A DNA stretch of 64,000 bases from Amphiscolops sp. MND2022 (Eukaryota), in assembly GCA_964187785.1 (NCBI GenBank), contig OZ076409.1:96164001-96228000 (forward strand), read 5' to 3'. This document shows, piece after piece, positions 14,041 through 26,100 of the stretch; the stretch's first letter is position 1; each line of letters begins with the position of its first letter. The notes beneath the pieces were generated by a model. The model was not told the origin of the DNA. It saw nothing but the letters and a program-made list of their open reading frames with translations, and did no database searches. The translations under genes were made by a program, and so were the position numbers.

Positions 14041-15356
14041 ATCATTTGTAATCTCCCAAGGTTAAAGTCTCAATAATTTAATAAAGTTTTGATTTGAAAT
14101 TCTGAATGGCAATTATTTAGCAGCATTGAGTTCTTTGCGAAAATTAACTTACTGTTGAAAACAAAACAGTCTCAAACATATCAAAGCGTATAGCCGTCGA
14201 TTGAAAAATAAAACGTAAAAATCGAAGAGATGGATTTTGATTGGCCAAAAAGACAACTTTGGCTTTATGTCTGCAGAAGTTACATGTTTTAAGTACTTCA
14301 GTTGATTGAGTTTCAGTACAATGCTGTAAAAAGCTTAGCTTTCAAAATTTTCATACAAAGCGTTCAATGTTTTTCAGCCAAATTACTTATGAATCTTTTC
14401 AAGTTTTATTGACAGTTTACCTTCTAATGAATGTTGTTAATAACAAAAATCTCTGTTTAATATTGAAAGCTGCAAATGTGTGAGAGTTTAAACCAGCTCA
14501 CTAAACCACTGTGCTTACCAACAATCAGTGGTAGAATTATCATGGTGCATTGAAAGCTAAAGCTGGTTCGAACAAATATGTTGATAGAAAAATCGAAGGC
14601 CTCTTCATTTTACGTTTTTATTTCCAATGACGTTTCATCAGGCTAATTCCCCCATCAAAATATCAGTTAACCCATATCATCAAGATATCGCTCAGGTGAG
14701 TCGCCATATTCAAATGATTGAAAAAATCATTCTCAATTTCAGAGTTTGAGGTATTTTCAAAACATGGGTTCATGTTTTTCGGAAGAGATTGTTCAAGTTT
14801 TGAGTCTTTCAATAATCGCCCCTCATCAACAATTTGAAAGTTTCTCAGAGGATAGGAGTTTACTTTTCGATTGAGTTACTTGACTTTTATACTTTTCGCT
14901 AGGTTAAAATCTAGGTTTAAGGTGAGAAAAAATCAAAAAACGGCTACCAAGCCGCAAAAGAAAAGCCAATTAATTGATGAAACATCTGAAGAGTACAACG
15001 GTGGATTTAGACATTGATCATCACATCACACTAGTGTATTTTAGCCACCATTTAAGAGCAGTGAATTGGCGCTTATGACCAAAACGCTAACGCTTAAAGG
15101 GCGTTTATTGAAAAACACTTTGGACAATAGCAAATTCAACTTTCCAAAACAGCAAATTTCTTTGAATTTTTTGTAGCTATTTTACGTCTTGTCGATAACA
15201 AAATATTAACAACACAATAGACGTCTTTCAACGCCTTTAACTCAGCACAAAAGAACGAAGCTTCTGCAAATAATTTTTTGGTATTTTTGGTTGAATCCTG
15301 CTGATGCTAATTTCTGAATAGGCTAATCTCTGAATCTAGGCTAAGTGGAACGCCAA

Positions 15357-16164
15357 CCCATGTTGAGCACTCCGTGCGAATCTGTACAGATCTGCACAGA
15401 TCCTGACAGATATTCCAGGATTGTTCGAAAATTGAATAGTCATAAATTCAGTTTTCGAAAAAGAAATTAGTTGGTTAAAAAGTGCTCTACGAAAAAAAAC
15501 ACGCCTTTTATTTGAAGTTTTAAAAAAGTTTCTGTGCGAATCTGTACAGATCTGTACAGATCCTTGCAGATATTCCAGGATTTGTTGAAAATTAACCATA
15601 CCAATAAATTACTATAATGTATTCCGAGTTTCCAGCAATTACTAAAACCACTCCAGCAAACCATGTTCCCGAAATATTACAACCAAAGCACTCTATCAAC
15701 ACCTCTACCAACCCAGAAGGTTGTCACATGTCAAATCTCATCCGTCAAAACGAAGTCAATATGGCAAACGAGCCTCACAAAGTTGAAAAACCACTACTGG
15801 AAAGTTCAAGTGAAATGGATAAATTACAGTGTATAACCAACACCGAACATTCCCCAGACACCAATATTACCGTGATGGGGACAACATTTCCTGCTCAAGA
15901 ATTTTGAGTGATGGAGAGTTTCAACTGACTGAGCCTTGGTCAGCAAAAATATCTACCGAAGAAGCTAAAAAATGAAATGCATAGTTTCACTAAAAGTTCC
16001 GGAAAAAATTTCCTGAGAAATCTGTACAGAAAATCTTTGAACTTCTGTAAAGATCCTTGCAGATCTGCAGTTGTCCTTACGTAGCAGTGGCACGATCTTT
16101 ACAGATCCTCAAGGAAAATTGGCTCACAGATCTTTACAGATTCTCAAGGAAAACTCAACATGGG
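15357..16164. mobile_element. Non-autonomous CACTA/EnSpm-like element, copy 1
   Basis: TIR cccatgttgag / ctcaacatggg, 2-bp TSD AA, subterminal tctgtacagatc repeats. A second copy is at 38850-39656. Confidence 0.85.
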
Positions 16165-18142
16165 AAAGGGTGACTTTTTCACACTTCCATTAACTGTATG
16201 ATTTCAAAGCGCTTGCTATGAAATAAGTTCTAGCATGAATGTCATGGTTTGATGAAGCCACATAAGCAGCTTTGACGAAATAATAAAGTCTCCCAGAAAT
16301 TTTTCTGCCAAAAATCAGCCAATCAGATAAGCGCAGTTTTATTAGTTTCGCTAAGGGACATTTACTCAGATAAAACTCAGATATCCGCTTGTCTGGCGCT
16401 TTCACTTATAGGCGGCCAAATTCGTTGGACTTTTGATTCAACACGGTGTAGTTCTTTTCCAGGTAGTTTGCCCAATTAAGGAACCTTTATCATCCTATTG
16501 ATACTTTCCAATTTTGATTTTGAAAATGAATGTATAGAAAAATGGTTTGAAAATAGTTCTGTGCAATTTTAACAATTTTTGAATCATCAAGATTGAAAGA
16601 TATTGAAAGTTGGAAATGATAAAGCCTATATGTTTGAACGTATATATTTCAACAGACCTTTGCCAATGTCCTAAAACGACCTTGTCCAAAATACCTCGAA
16701 AAAACTGACAAAAATGGCAGAAATGAATAACCTTTGTCTAGCTCCTCGAATTTTAATTGATATTCGACCTCAAAAATCACGATATTTCATGATCATTCAT
16801 GCATTTAACTTCTTTCGATTGTAAAAACTAATGCAAAATTCTTACCAAGAGCGCCAACAAAAGTGCGATCTGGCAACATCTTGTCAAGTTTCAAAAGAAA
16901 AGCTATCTAAAGTCAATGAAATAAATGACCCGACGCAAACTGTGGCCAAATGAGCGTATCTCTAATGCCACATTCGTTCACGCTATCACCCAAGCTATCA
17001 TGTCCTGACTTTCAATATTTTGTGTTGACAAGTTAACAACGGGGAATTCCCAAACAGCCGAAGTACCAAACAGCAGAAAATGAAAAATTGGTCTCAAACA
17101 GCAGAATATTTCTTTATGTTGCAATCTGATTGGCTGAAATTTGAAATCGAATTGAATTCACTAAGCTGAAAACGCGTGTCAGATTTTGTCGGAATTATTA
17201 TTATAACGTAGTTAGCTATGTTCACATACCCCTAGTGCCCTAAATGCAGGAGCGAAGCGAAGCGGAGCGACGTGCCATATGGCCATGCCTCAATGCTGCT
17301 ACTTGGCGAAGGGAGCGAAGCGACCGAGCCATACAACAAATATTCAAACCTTTTTAAATAAATCAAGTTCCAACATATTGGCTGTAACAGCACTAAAAGC
17401 TAGTAATTTGAATTCGGCTGTATGGGACCAAATTTTCATTTTCTGCTGTATGAATAGGCACCGTTAACAACACCTCAAATGATGATAAGTGTAGCTGGTA
17501 GTGCGAACAACAGAAAACTGTGAGCAAAGTTTTTGTTTGTTTGGCAAAATAATTATCCTCTTCACACTTTTGACCGGACTCTTGCCAAGACTCTTGCAAA
17601 AACAAATTGAGAGGTTTGTGTGATGCAAGAACAAACAAGATCTAATCACGACTTTCGAGAATAGACAGGAATATCTATGGAAGAATATACAAAATCTTAG
17701 CAAGAGTTTCGAGCCTTTTCGTACTGGCCTTTGTTGTCAGATGAGAAGCTGTAAGAAGCATTTATATATTGCTGTTCAAAAATGTGGGATATCGTTCAAA
17801 AATATCAGCACGAATTCAAAGTAGTTGATAAGTAGTATTTCAAAAAATTAAGTTTTTGTATACCTACCTTACTTCGGTATCTCTATATATCTACTCCCTT
17901 GTTTCCGGAGTGGTGCTGAAAGTGTTAAGTCCTGACTTAACAAGTTAATAAGTGCTGACTTGAAAAAGTTAAGGTAGGAACTTAGTTTCCAACTTCGTTC
18001 AACAATACTTTTTTTAAATGGGTTAGAGTAATTCAAACAATGGCAAACTCAAAGTAATTGTAGATTAACTTTTCAAGTTTAGTATTTTAAACAAGACGCC
18101 CGTTAAACACCGAGATATTTTCCGCCTTGTCAAAAAAATCAC

Positions 18143-18205
18143 GCGGAGGCAAGATTTGAACCCGCAACCTACTTATAAGCGGATGAACTACCAGCTGAGC
18201 TGTCA
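18143..18205 (-). pseudogene. Degenerate tRNA-derived sequence (SINE head or tRNA pseudogene)
   Basis: Minus strand has an A-box-like agctcagctggtag and a B-box-like ggttcaaatc. No intact cloverleaf. Confidence 0.4.
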
Positions 18206-19740
18206 TACCTCAAATAGCAACTAACGGAGAGTTACATAAACAAGTAACTGAACTATTCAAGTGAAGTGGATGCATCAACTTCACTTGAATATTTTAGCTA
18301 CTTGACTCCATGGAGTTCGTGGAGATTTGGCAGAATTTGAAACAAAAACGCAACACAGATTATGATTTTCCTCCCCCATGATACGTGGGCGGAAATTAAT
18401 GAAGTGAATTGATAGTTCCAAGAATATTCCAGTTGGACGTGACGGCAATGCAATTCTTGTTTCAAGTTGAAGCTTTCTCTATGATTGGAATCGAAAGTTG
18501 ACGGGAGCTATTTCCGATGACAATCAATTGATGGAAGAATTGCAATTTTTAAACCAATAATTTATCATTACAAGTGGATTTATATCAATGATATGCTGTC
18601 AATGCATTTCGACGGCAAGAAAGTTCAATTTGAAAACTGTTGTGTCTGAGAGAAATTGTTATTTTTTTTGAGATACCAGGTTCAACTCTTGGGTCGCCAA
18701 GTGCAACTATTACAACACTGAGAATGCCGGAAGCTTCCTGAACCTGAGGACTGAATCGTTTTTTGTTTTGCTGAGTCAAAAACTCCCTTTATTCGATCGT
18801 GCAAAGCATCTCTAATCCCATCAAGTCTTTGAGATAATTGATGCCTAATTTTTGAGTCAAGATTTTTGTGTTTTCCATCATGCTTTTGCTATTCGCTCTA
18901 CTATTCGTATTTAGCGCAATTATGATGAACAACACTCTGATTGGTTTCCTGATTTGTTAGACAACACGTCAACTGTCCTCTAGTATTAGTTCAATACATA
19001 CTTCACTGCAAATATTAAAGCAAACTTCATCGAGATACTACTCAAGTTTACACTACGTTTGTAGGTACTAGTTTAAAAATCTGATCCAGAACTGTGATTG
19101 CGAAATCGTCTCCTGTGCGCTGAGCGTCGTTATCAACCAAGTAGAATTGTATACTTGCTCTCACTGTCAATTCTGATTGGCGCATCAAAAGAAATCTAAG
19201 GCGCAGAAAGAACATTTTCCCTTTTTTGTACAGTTTTTCTGAAAATTTCAAATTCATAGATTTCTGCAGATTGTTTTGAATTCAATGATACATTTTTGTA
19301 TCAAAAATATTCTTAATGAAAAAATGATCGCAAATTTTCACCTCGAAACGTTCATTTCCTATCTTGATACATGTAAATCGACGAAGATTTACCCCTCGAG
19401 TTTGAGTTTTCAAAAAAGGTTGGTTATTTTCGAAATCAAAATACATCTATGGATTCAGTAGATTTGTGGTAATTAATTGAGCATAAAACATGCCATTAAA
19501 ACTGTGGATAAAATGGTCAAAAATTGGAAAAACGGAAAAAAGTCCGAAATTTGCTCAAAATCAGCTATTTGCAGCTTTCTCAATTTTTGCTCCAGAAAAA
19601 TTTTGAAAGCACCAATATAAACTAAATGAAATTCTAAGAATCTAAGAATCTTTCAATTCTGATGTTTTTCAAAATTCTCAACAGATTTCGAGAAAATCGA
19701 TTGCCACGGGGGACGTTTTCTTAATCACAGTCAGTACTGT

Positions 19741-21587
19741 TGTCGTAAGCACGAGTATCTGAGGATATGAATCCATCCTTCTCACGATTACCAAGTGTCT
19801 TACTCTTCAAATTGTTTCTAGAGTCCGCATTACGTAGAACTTCGGAATATCCTTCCGGTCTCTCGGACGGTATGTTCCATCTCTCTTTGGTCATATGTCC
19901 GGAATCGGCCATAAGGGCATTTTGAATCTGGGGAAGAACTTGATTACTGATTGCCTCACTTATAGCTCTTTGAATCTGCACACTGACGCTGTTCATCATC
20001 TCATCCATCTCCCGAGATATACGGGAATTCAACTCACTCGACAATCTGTTGATCTCGGCGTTAGAACTACCTCTAGCTGAGTTCTGGCCTAGTTCGGCAT
20101 TTGGACTAAGTCCATTGTTTTCAGAGTTAGATAACCTATTTTCATCCTCATTTTCAAATTCGTCGCCAAAAGGACTACCAGGTCTTCTGGCCTGGTTACT
20201 ATTTAGACTATCACTTCTCCCATTTCTATTGTAATGATTTCCTCCAAGCATTATGTCTAAATTCTCAATATCTGACAACATTTCTGCCTCTCTTGATTTT
20301 CTCGCTTTCTTTTGTTTCCTTGTGGTAGGCATTGAAATTGAACCGGGTTGAATAATTCAATTATTAAAACCGGAAAACTGACAAACGTCGTTGCAATAAT
20401 TCGATCTTTATCAAAGCAAGGTTATGGAAATTGTGTCCCCCTTTGCAGGAAAGTAACTATATATACTCCTGAAAGATGACACTTACATTCCACGGATTCT
20501 TTGATCAAGATAATATCATCTGGTTATGTCCTCAACGGGTCATGTGACAAATATTATTACGGCATCGGGTATTAATATTTCAAAGCAACTATTTTAGGGT
20601 GATGTCCCGATTGGGAAAATTCCTAACATTTTACAATCACAACTATTCATTCATCAAAGGCGGCATCAAAATATTTACTAGTGCATCAAATGAAATTTCC
20701 GTCTATCAAAGGAACTAGCACTCATCATGAATATAAATAGCATTGCACACATTCCTTTCAGGCACGTGCCACCACGTGACCTAAAATTAGCTTTGCAACA
20801 GTGTGAAGCACATCATGTTATTAGGCCTAATACGGCCAATTGTCATATTAATAATTATATGCGTTGATTAACCGATTAGCCCCAAATATATGTACTGCAT
20901 CACTTTCCAAAGGAACGTAACAACTTCAATGGCCGGAAATAGCCGGCTAATTAATAGGCAAGTACTAATGAAATATGGCCTTAAGGGCCTAGCAAAAGGT
21001 TGAGTATTAAGACGAAGCATCAGTTATGAACAGAGATCTGGCTATTATGAAAACACAAATTCAACAAACATGACTTGTTTCATGTTAAATTATCACCTTA
21101 TTTCAGTCTTGAACTAAGGGGACGGAACCGTCCATTTGACCAGTATATTAAAAGAGAAATATTAAAGCACGGCAACTGGCCTTACTCGGCCATTAGTTAG
21201 GTATCATCAATAGGCAAGATTATATACTGCGATGTGATTGGCTGAGGCAACGTGCTCAAGTGACGCAATCGGTATAGTGCTGTTCGTCACTTGAACACGT
21301 TTCCTTTACTGCCTTACAGTTGCTCGTTTCGTTGTATTTTCTATCGTTTTAAATTCGCGCCTTACAACTCCACCAACTCGATTGAAATTTCCAATTGTTA
21401 GATTTAACAGACTAATTGTATATAAAATGAGCATCATCAATGATCATAAAGCACAAAATAACAAAATGGCGTGAAAGTTTGATATCAATTGTAAGTTCTT
21501 AATAAATAGGTAAGGTTCCGGGTACATATTCTTGGCCAACTGCCGAAGTAGTTACTGTCGTGCCGTCACAGGCGGCAGCCTGCGACA
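19741..21587 (-). repeat. 3' LTR of element B; includes the ORF-X C-terminus and a copy of the gag 5' end (ATG 20332) reading out to a stop at 19721
   Basis: Direct repeat of 34123-35969. I noticed 4 substitutions (about 19765, 20108, 20426, 21356). Confidence 0.96.
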
Positions 21588-22281
21588 CTGCGGGTGTTAT
21601 GAAAAGGAAGCATCCTGCATTAAGCCCTTTCTCGTAGGCTTCTTTCCTCAACTTCGTGATGTGCTCGGGCTCGTTCCTTGGGGTGGATCGTTCCATATAC
21701 CATCTGACTCTCTCACTCTTGATTGCATCTACAGAGCGGCCGCAAACCATACACCCAGTATATTGGGTCTCGCTGACATTTTGGTAGGGCACCGAGTTCT
21801 GCACGTGATAAGACACATGAAAATCACTTACTGCGGGCTGGACCAGAGGAGTGTCCTGGCTTGGCCCCCTCTCATGGATTGGTGGAGACATCGGTGATTC
21901 TAGCACTGGTAGCAGCGTCTTGCAGAGCTCAATTCGTGATTTCTCCGCTCTCTTTGACGGGGCATAGCACCTTTCGTGATCAAAGTATTTTGTATCTAAC
22001 TTGGGAGTCACATCTTGCCCCGGCTGTCTGGTGCTTGGTCCTGTGACCATTTCTTCCTCCATACTGCTAGTCGTCATGACACGTCCGGCAATTAGAATGG
22101 GGCTGGACACTACCTGCTTCTCCACCCTTCTGATCATTTCGTCCGTGTCCGTCGACCAGTCTGAGTCCAAATCAACTGAGGTTTCCTCATCGCTGCTTAT
22201 GTAAATGACTGAATCGTCTGATGAGTCTGAGTCCAGTTCAGCCATCTCGAAGAGCTTTCCAGATTTTGCGTATTTATCCAT
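21499..22281 (-). CDS. ORF-X of element B: unknown protein with an acidic low-complexity N-terminus and a CxxC-containing C-terminal domain
   Basis: Open frame 21499-22329; probable ATG at 22281 (MDKYAKSG). TATAAA (about 22352-22357, minus) lies about 25-30 nt upstream of an Inr-like TCACTT. Homologous to 53344-54388 (CMVCGRSVDAI vs CHWCGRTFDQI; VSQAAACDG vs LSQPQRCDG). Confidence 0.8.
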   Translation of the reverse strand: MDKYAKSGKLFEMAELDSDSSDDSVIYISSDEETSVDLDSDWSTDTDEMIRRVEKQVVSSPILIAGRVMTTSSMEEEMVTGPSTRQPGQDVTPKLDTKYFDHERCYAPSKRAEKSRIELCKTLLPVLESPMSPPIHERGPSQDTPLVQPAVSDFHVSYHVQNSVPYQNVSETQYTGCMVCGRSVDAIKSERVRWYMERSTPRNEPEHITKLRKEAYEKGLNAGCFLFITPAVSQAAACDGTTVTTSAVGQEYVPGTLPIY

Positions 22282-22329
22282 GATGAATTTTTTAGCTATT
22301 TTGAAGTTTATGAAGGCAACTAGCTGCAA

Positions 22330-23176
22330 GTGAGATTCAAAGTTGAAGGAATTTATAAAACTCTCCTCAGGCCGACTCGGGCCGTTTTCCCGGGGTTTCG
22401 TTTCAGCGGCAGAATCTTTGGTTAATCGGTCTGATCCGTCGTAAACTTTTCTGAATGGGGTTTCTCAGCGGCGGTTCACCCTTTGAATATCGGAACGCTG
22501 CCCCCCGAGCCCACCCTCTCAAGTAGGTAATCAGAGAGGTGTTAAGTTAACAACAACAAATAACTCCACTTCAAGAGGGTAATTAACATCAAGCTTGATA
22601 GCAATTAACGGCACGCGTCAGATAAAGCCTACTAAAATGGCTTCAGCCAATCAAATTTGAGCTTCGATAAATTTGAAAAATGAATAATAAAGATGGCGAA
22701 AAATAATAATTTGAATAACTAAAATGGCGAAGATTCAGCTAAGGTAATTAGGGTAACTAGACAAAACGACAAAACAAAATAGATTAACTGGCCATAACCG
22801 GCCTCTAACTAGTTAAGCTGTAAATAGCAAAGTTCTTTGTACATTTCGCTGGCAGACTCCATGTACCGAATAAATATGTAGATAATTAAATAATATTAGT
22901 CTGGTAATTTCTTCAGCCACGACCTCCAGCTTTTATCTCCTTTCAATTGTTAACACGCATTTAGTTCCATTACCATTTAAATTGTTTACATTTGTATCCT
23001 TCAGTCTTTGCTATTCCGCTTTCCTTATCTGGGTCTTCAACTTCGTTGCTGGCTTCTTCTTCCCTTTACGGAGCCCTTCGAGCCTCTTTCTTTCATCAGC
23101 CGTGTTCGGCCGTCTTCCCCATACTCTTCATCCGAATTTGGATAGAATCCCTTAGGACGAATTCTTCCACAACAGA
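22330..23176. promoter_or_regulatory. Putative divergent internal promoter region between ORF-X and the antisense BED gene
   Basis: Non-coding DNA between head-to-head starts, with a TATA-like box (about 22355), a CCAAT box (agccaatca about 22645) and RGCC-N6-GGCC motifs at 22370, 22790 and 23098. Confidence 0.55.
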
Positions 23177-26100
23177 ATGTCTTCAAAAGCAGGTTGGTCT
23201 GGGTTTTCATATTTTTGAACTAGTTTAACTTGATCAGAGCTAAGTTTGTTCACTAATTGCTTCCTGTTTCCACTACTTGATGAACACGTGTTGATCACGT
23301 CCGTTCAGAATTTCGAACACTTCCGGAAGTTTTCTAATGCGGCAAATGGATTTCTATCAAGGAAGCATACCGCCAAATTTCATCTCCTTCTGTTTAGAAA
23401 ACCAGACAAGTGATGAGACCCAAGTCCCAGCCAACCTAAGTCTAGACAACCCTGTTGAAACTGTAGTGTCAGCTCCTCATACCTCTGTTCTAACGCAATC
23501 CCAAGAGACCAAAGGGAGCACGGATAGCGAGGTTGATGTGACTACTTTCGCCGATGAGATGGTAGACATGATGGAGAAAGCTCAGACGACAATTGCTCGC
23601 TCCCCAGATGATACTGCCACTGTCACTTCCACTGGTGCGGATGACCGAACTCAGGAGAGGACTGAAACGTTAGTTCAGGAACTAGTCAGGACAAGTACCC
23701 CAATGCTCCCTGATGAGGAAGTGTTGACCCAGTGTAACTTGTCTGCATTGGAGTCTGCACTCAGAGTAGGCACCTCGTCCAATTCTCAGCTCCCGGAACT
23801 TGTGGCCGTTGTAGCGTCACCCCCCAATGATGAAACTTTAACCAGGGCGCAATCTGGAGATGATAACGAATCTTCAGTGTACGAAGTCCCTGCTCTACCC
23901 GTCGAGAAGCCCAAAATCCTTTATCTTACGGATTTCAGTGGGAGTGAGCAAACTGCAGATGAAAGCAGCTTAGCAGGATGCCCTCCTTTGTACGGAACCA
24001 ACCCACTGGAGATTGAGTCGGGAGCTGAAGCAGGGGGTGAGACTGGCATCAATCCCTCACATTCGGTGCTCAGTGACCAAGACGGCGTGCCCCGGAGACA
24101 GCAAGATGACAGGCTTCCTGAATTATCAGGTAGGACTCGCGCCTTCCTCAAAACCTACTTTGATGATGCACAGCCATTCTCTTTGCCCCTCGGACATCCA
24201 ACTGTGGCTTTTACTGAGCCACAGTTGTACCACCTCTTAAGGTCCCTTACTGACGAGACTATCCGAATGTCTTATACCACGATGGAGCGAATGGTGTTGG
24301 ACGCAGTAAAGGGTACCCCGACCGTGGCCCCGTCAAGGACCAGTCACTTCCAGACTAGAGTTCGAGCCCCCACTCCCTTTGGATGCAGTGAATCAAGTGA
24401 CGATGAAACCGATAACCTCACTGGGGCCTGTCCCTTAGCTGGTTCTTCGTCTGGAGCAGAAGGCACTGATACATCCGCTGGGTTCGAAGACAGTGATAGT
24501 TCCGGAGAGATGGCTCTGATCACTGAGACATTCAAGAAGAATCTCACGACGGATCTAGGACCAAATCCATCACAGCAGTCCGGAAGCCAGTCCCAACAAG
24601 AAGAGCCTGGCCAATCAGGCTTCAGCAGCCAAGATGCCACGTTGCTGGAAGTCCGCGATGAGGCCCTGGAACGCAAATCCAGAACAACTACCAAGACGCA
24701 GAGGCAGAAACGCATCAAGCGCACCACCCACAGAGGAGTCCCCATGCGCGAAGAATTCTTTGCAAAAATAGGTTGGACAAGGTCCTTCATTTCTGGACCC
24801 GCGGACCCCATCCACAATCCTCTGATGGTTTGGTGTCACATTTGCAAAAGAAACTTTTCCATCCGCAGCAAAGGCACCATGGAAATCCTAAGGCACCACC
24901 GTTCAGAGAGGCATCTAAGAAAGGACCAGAGGTGGCGATATGAGCATCTAAAGAGTGTTGATCCCGTCACCAAGCAAGTCCAGCATCGTGTAAGAGGACG
25001 AAACGGAAGGCTTCTGAATAAGATTGAGTTAGCCAGAGAACTCCCACGTTTAATCCATTCAGAGCTAGTGGACATTGGGGAACGATTCCCCTTTTATGAC
25101 GATTTTATCCAGGGACGGACCACTGCCATAGTCACCCCAGAGTCCAGGTCCAGGACCCAATTGGGCATCGTCACTGACTTCCTCAAGGACCAAGGCGATT
25201 TTGCGATGCTACGCAATCTATGGGCACGCCTTAGTTCCTTCACAGACTACCAAGCTACTCTCTGTGACTTCGACTGGGGGGAAGAACGTATGACAGTAAG
25301 TTTTTTATTTTCCCTACTTGTAGGTTGACTCAATCTATTCTGCATTTTGAACCATTCGTCTGTTTTCCAGACAATCTTCCAACACCTGTTCAATTGTGCT
25401 ATGAGCGAAATAGCGGAGTGCGTGGCTGCAGAACAGTGCTTTGCCATAGAATTTGAAGACAGCAATGTCAATCGCTTCATGTCTCTTCGGTTCTGGAAGG
25501 GGACTGAATTGTGTCGCGTCCTCGTCTGTCGCAGCGAGCTACCCTCTTCGGAATTGTCAGGAGAACTAGGGTCTCTCTCACGGCTTCTATCCGCAGTCTC
25601 CACCAATTGCGATGTGGTGGCTTGTTCTGGCTGCCCCGTTGACTTTGTCAGGACAATCGACCATTCCCCACTCTTCTCAAGAGCAGTGCAGGCGTCCTTC
25701 CGGATTGAGACCTTGTCCCTCTCCAGACTGATGCACAAACCCAGTTATAGTGTCTTCGGGCATATCGACTTCTTTTCGGCCCTACATGCCTTAGTCATCA
25801 CCCTGGGTGGATCTCTCTCTGAGGATTGGGTACTGCAGAGCCCCACCTTATCTCAGGTAATGACTTTCCGATTATGGTAGGAATGTTGTACCTTGGACAG
25901 ATAGGAGACCCTGCTTATTTCCCTTACGGACACTAATACAATACGTTATTTAGGCCATAGCTTCATGCAAATTGGATCTTCCCACTCTTCCTGCCCTATG
26001 TCAGGAACTTATCGTCGTCTGGAAGTCCGTTGTGCGCTACCTAACGGAGCACTCACCCCGACAACAAGGACAGGGGGTTCGAACGAGAGTAAGTCCACTA

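Noticed and set aside
17215..17335. gcgaagcg-rich element related to 10510-10560
   Set aside because: Probably a dispersed repeat fragment, but boundaries and class could not be supported.
19721..20332. 203-aa ORF as an independent duplicated host gene
   Set aside because: It is the 3' LTR copy of the gag 5' end, reading out into the flank.
21499..22329. ORF-X as a retroviral envelope gene
   Set aside because: Too short, with no signal peptide, fusion peptide or transmembrane anchor.
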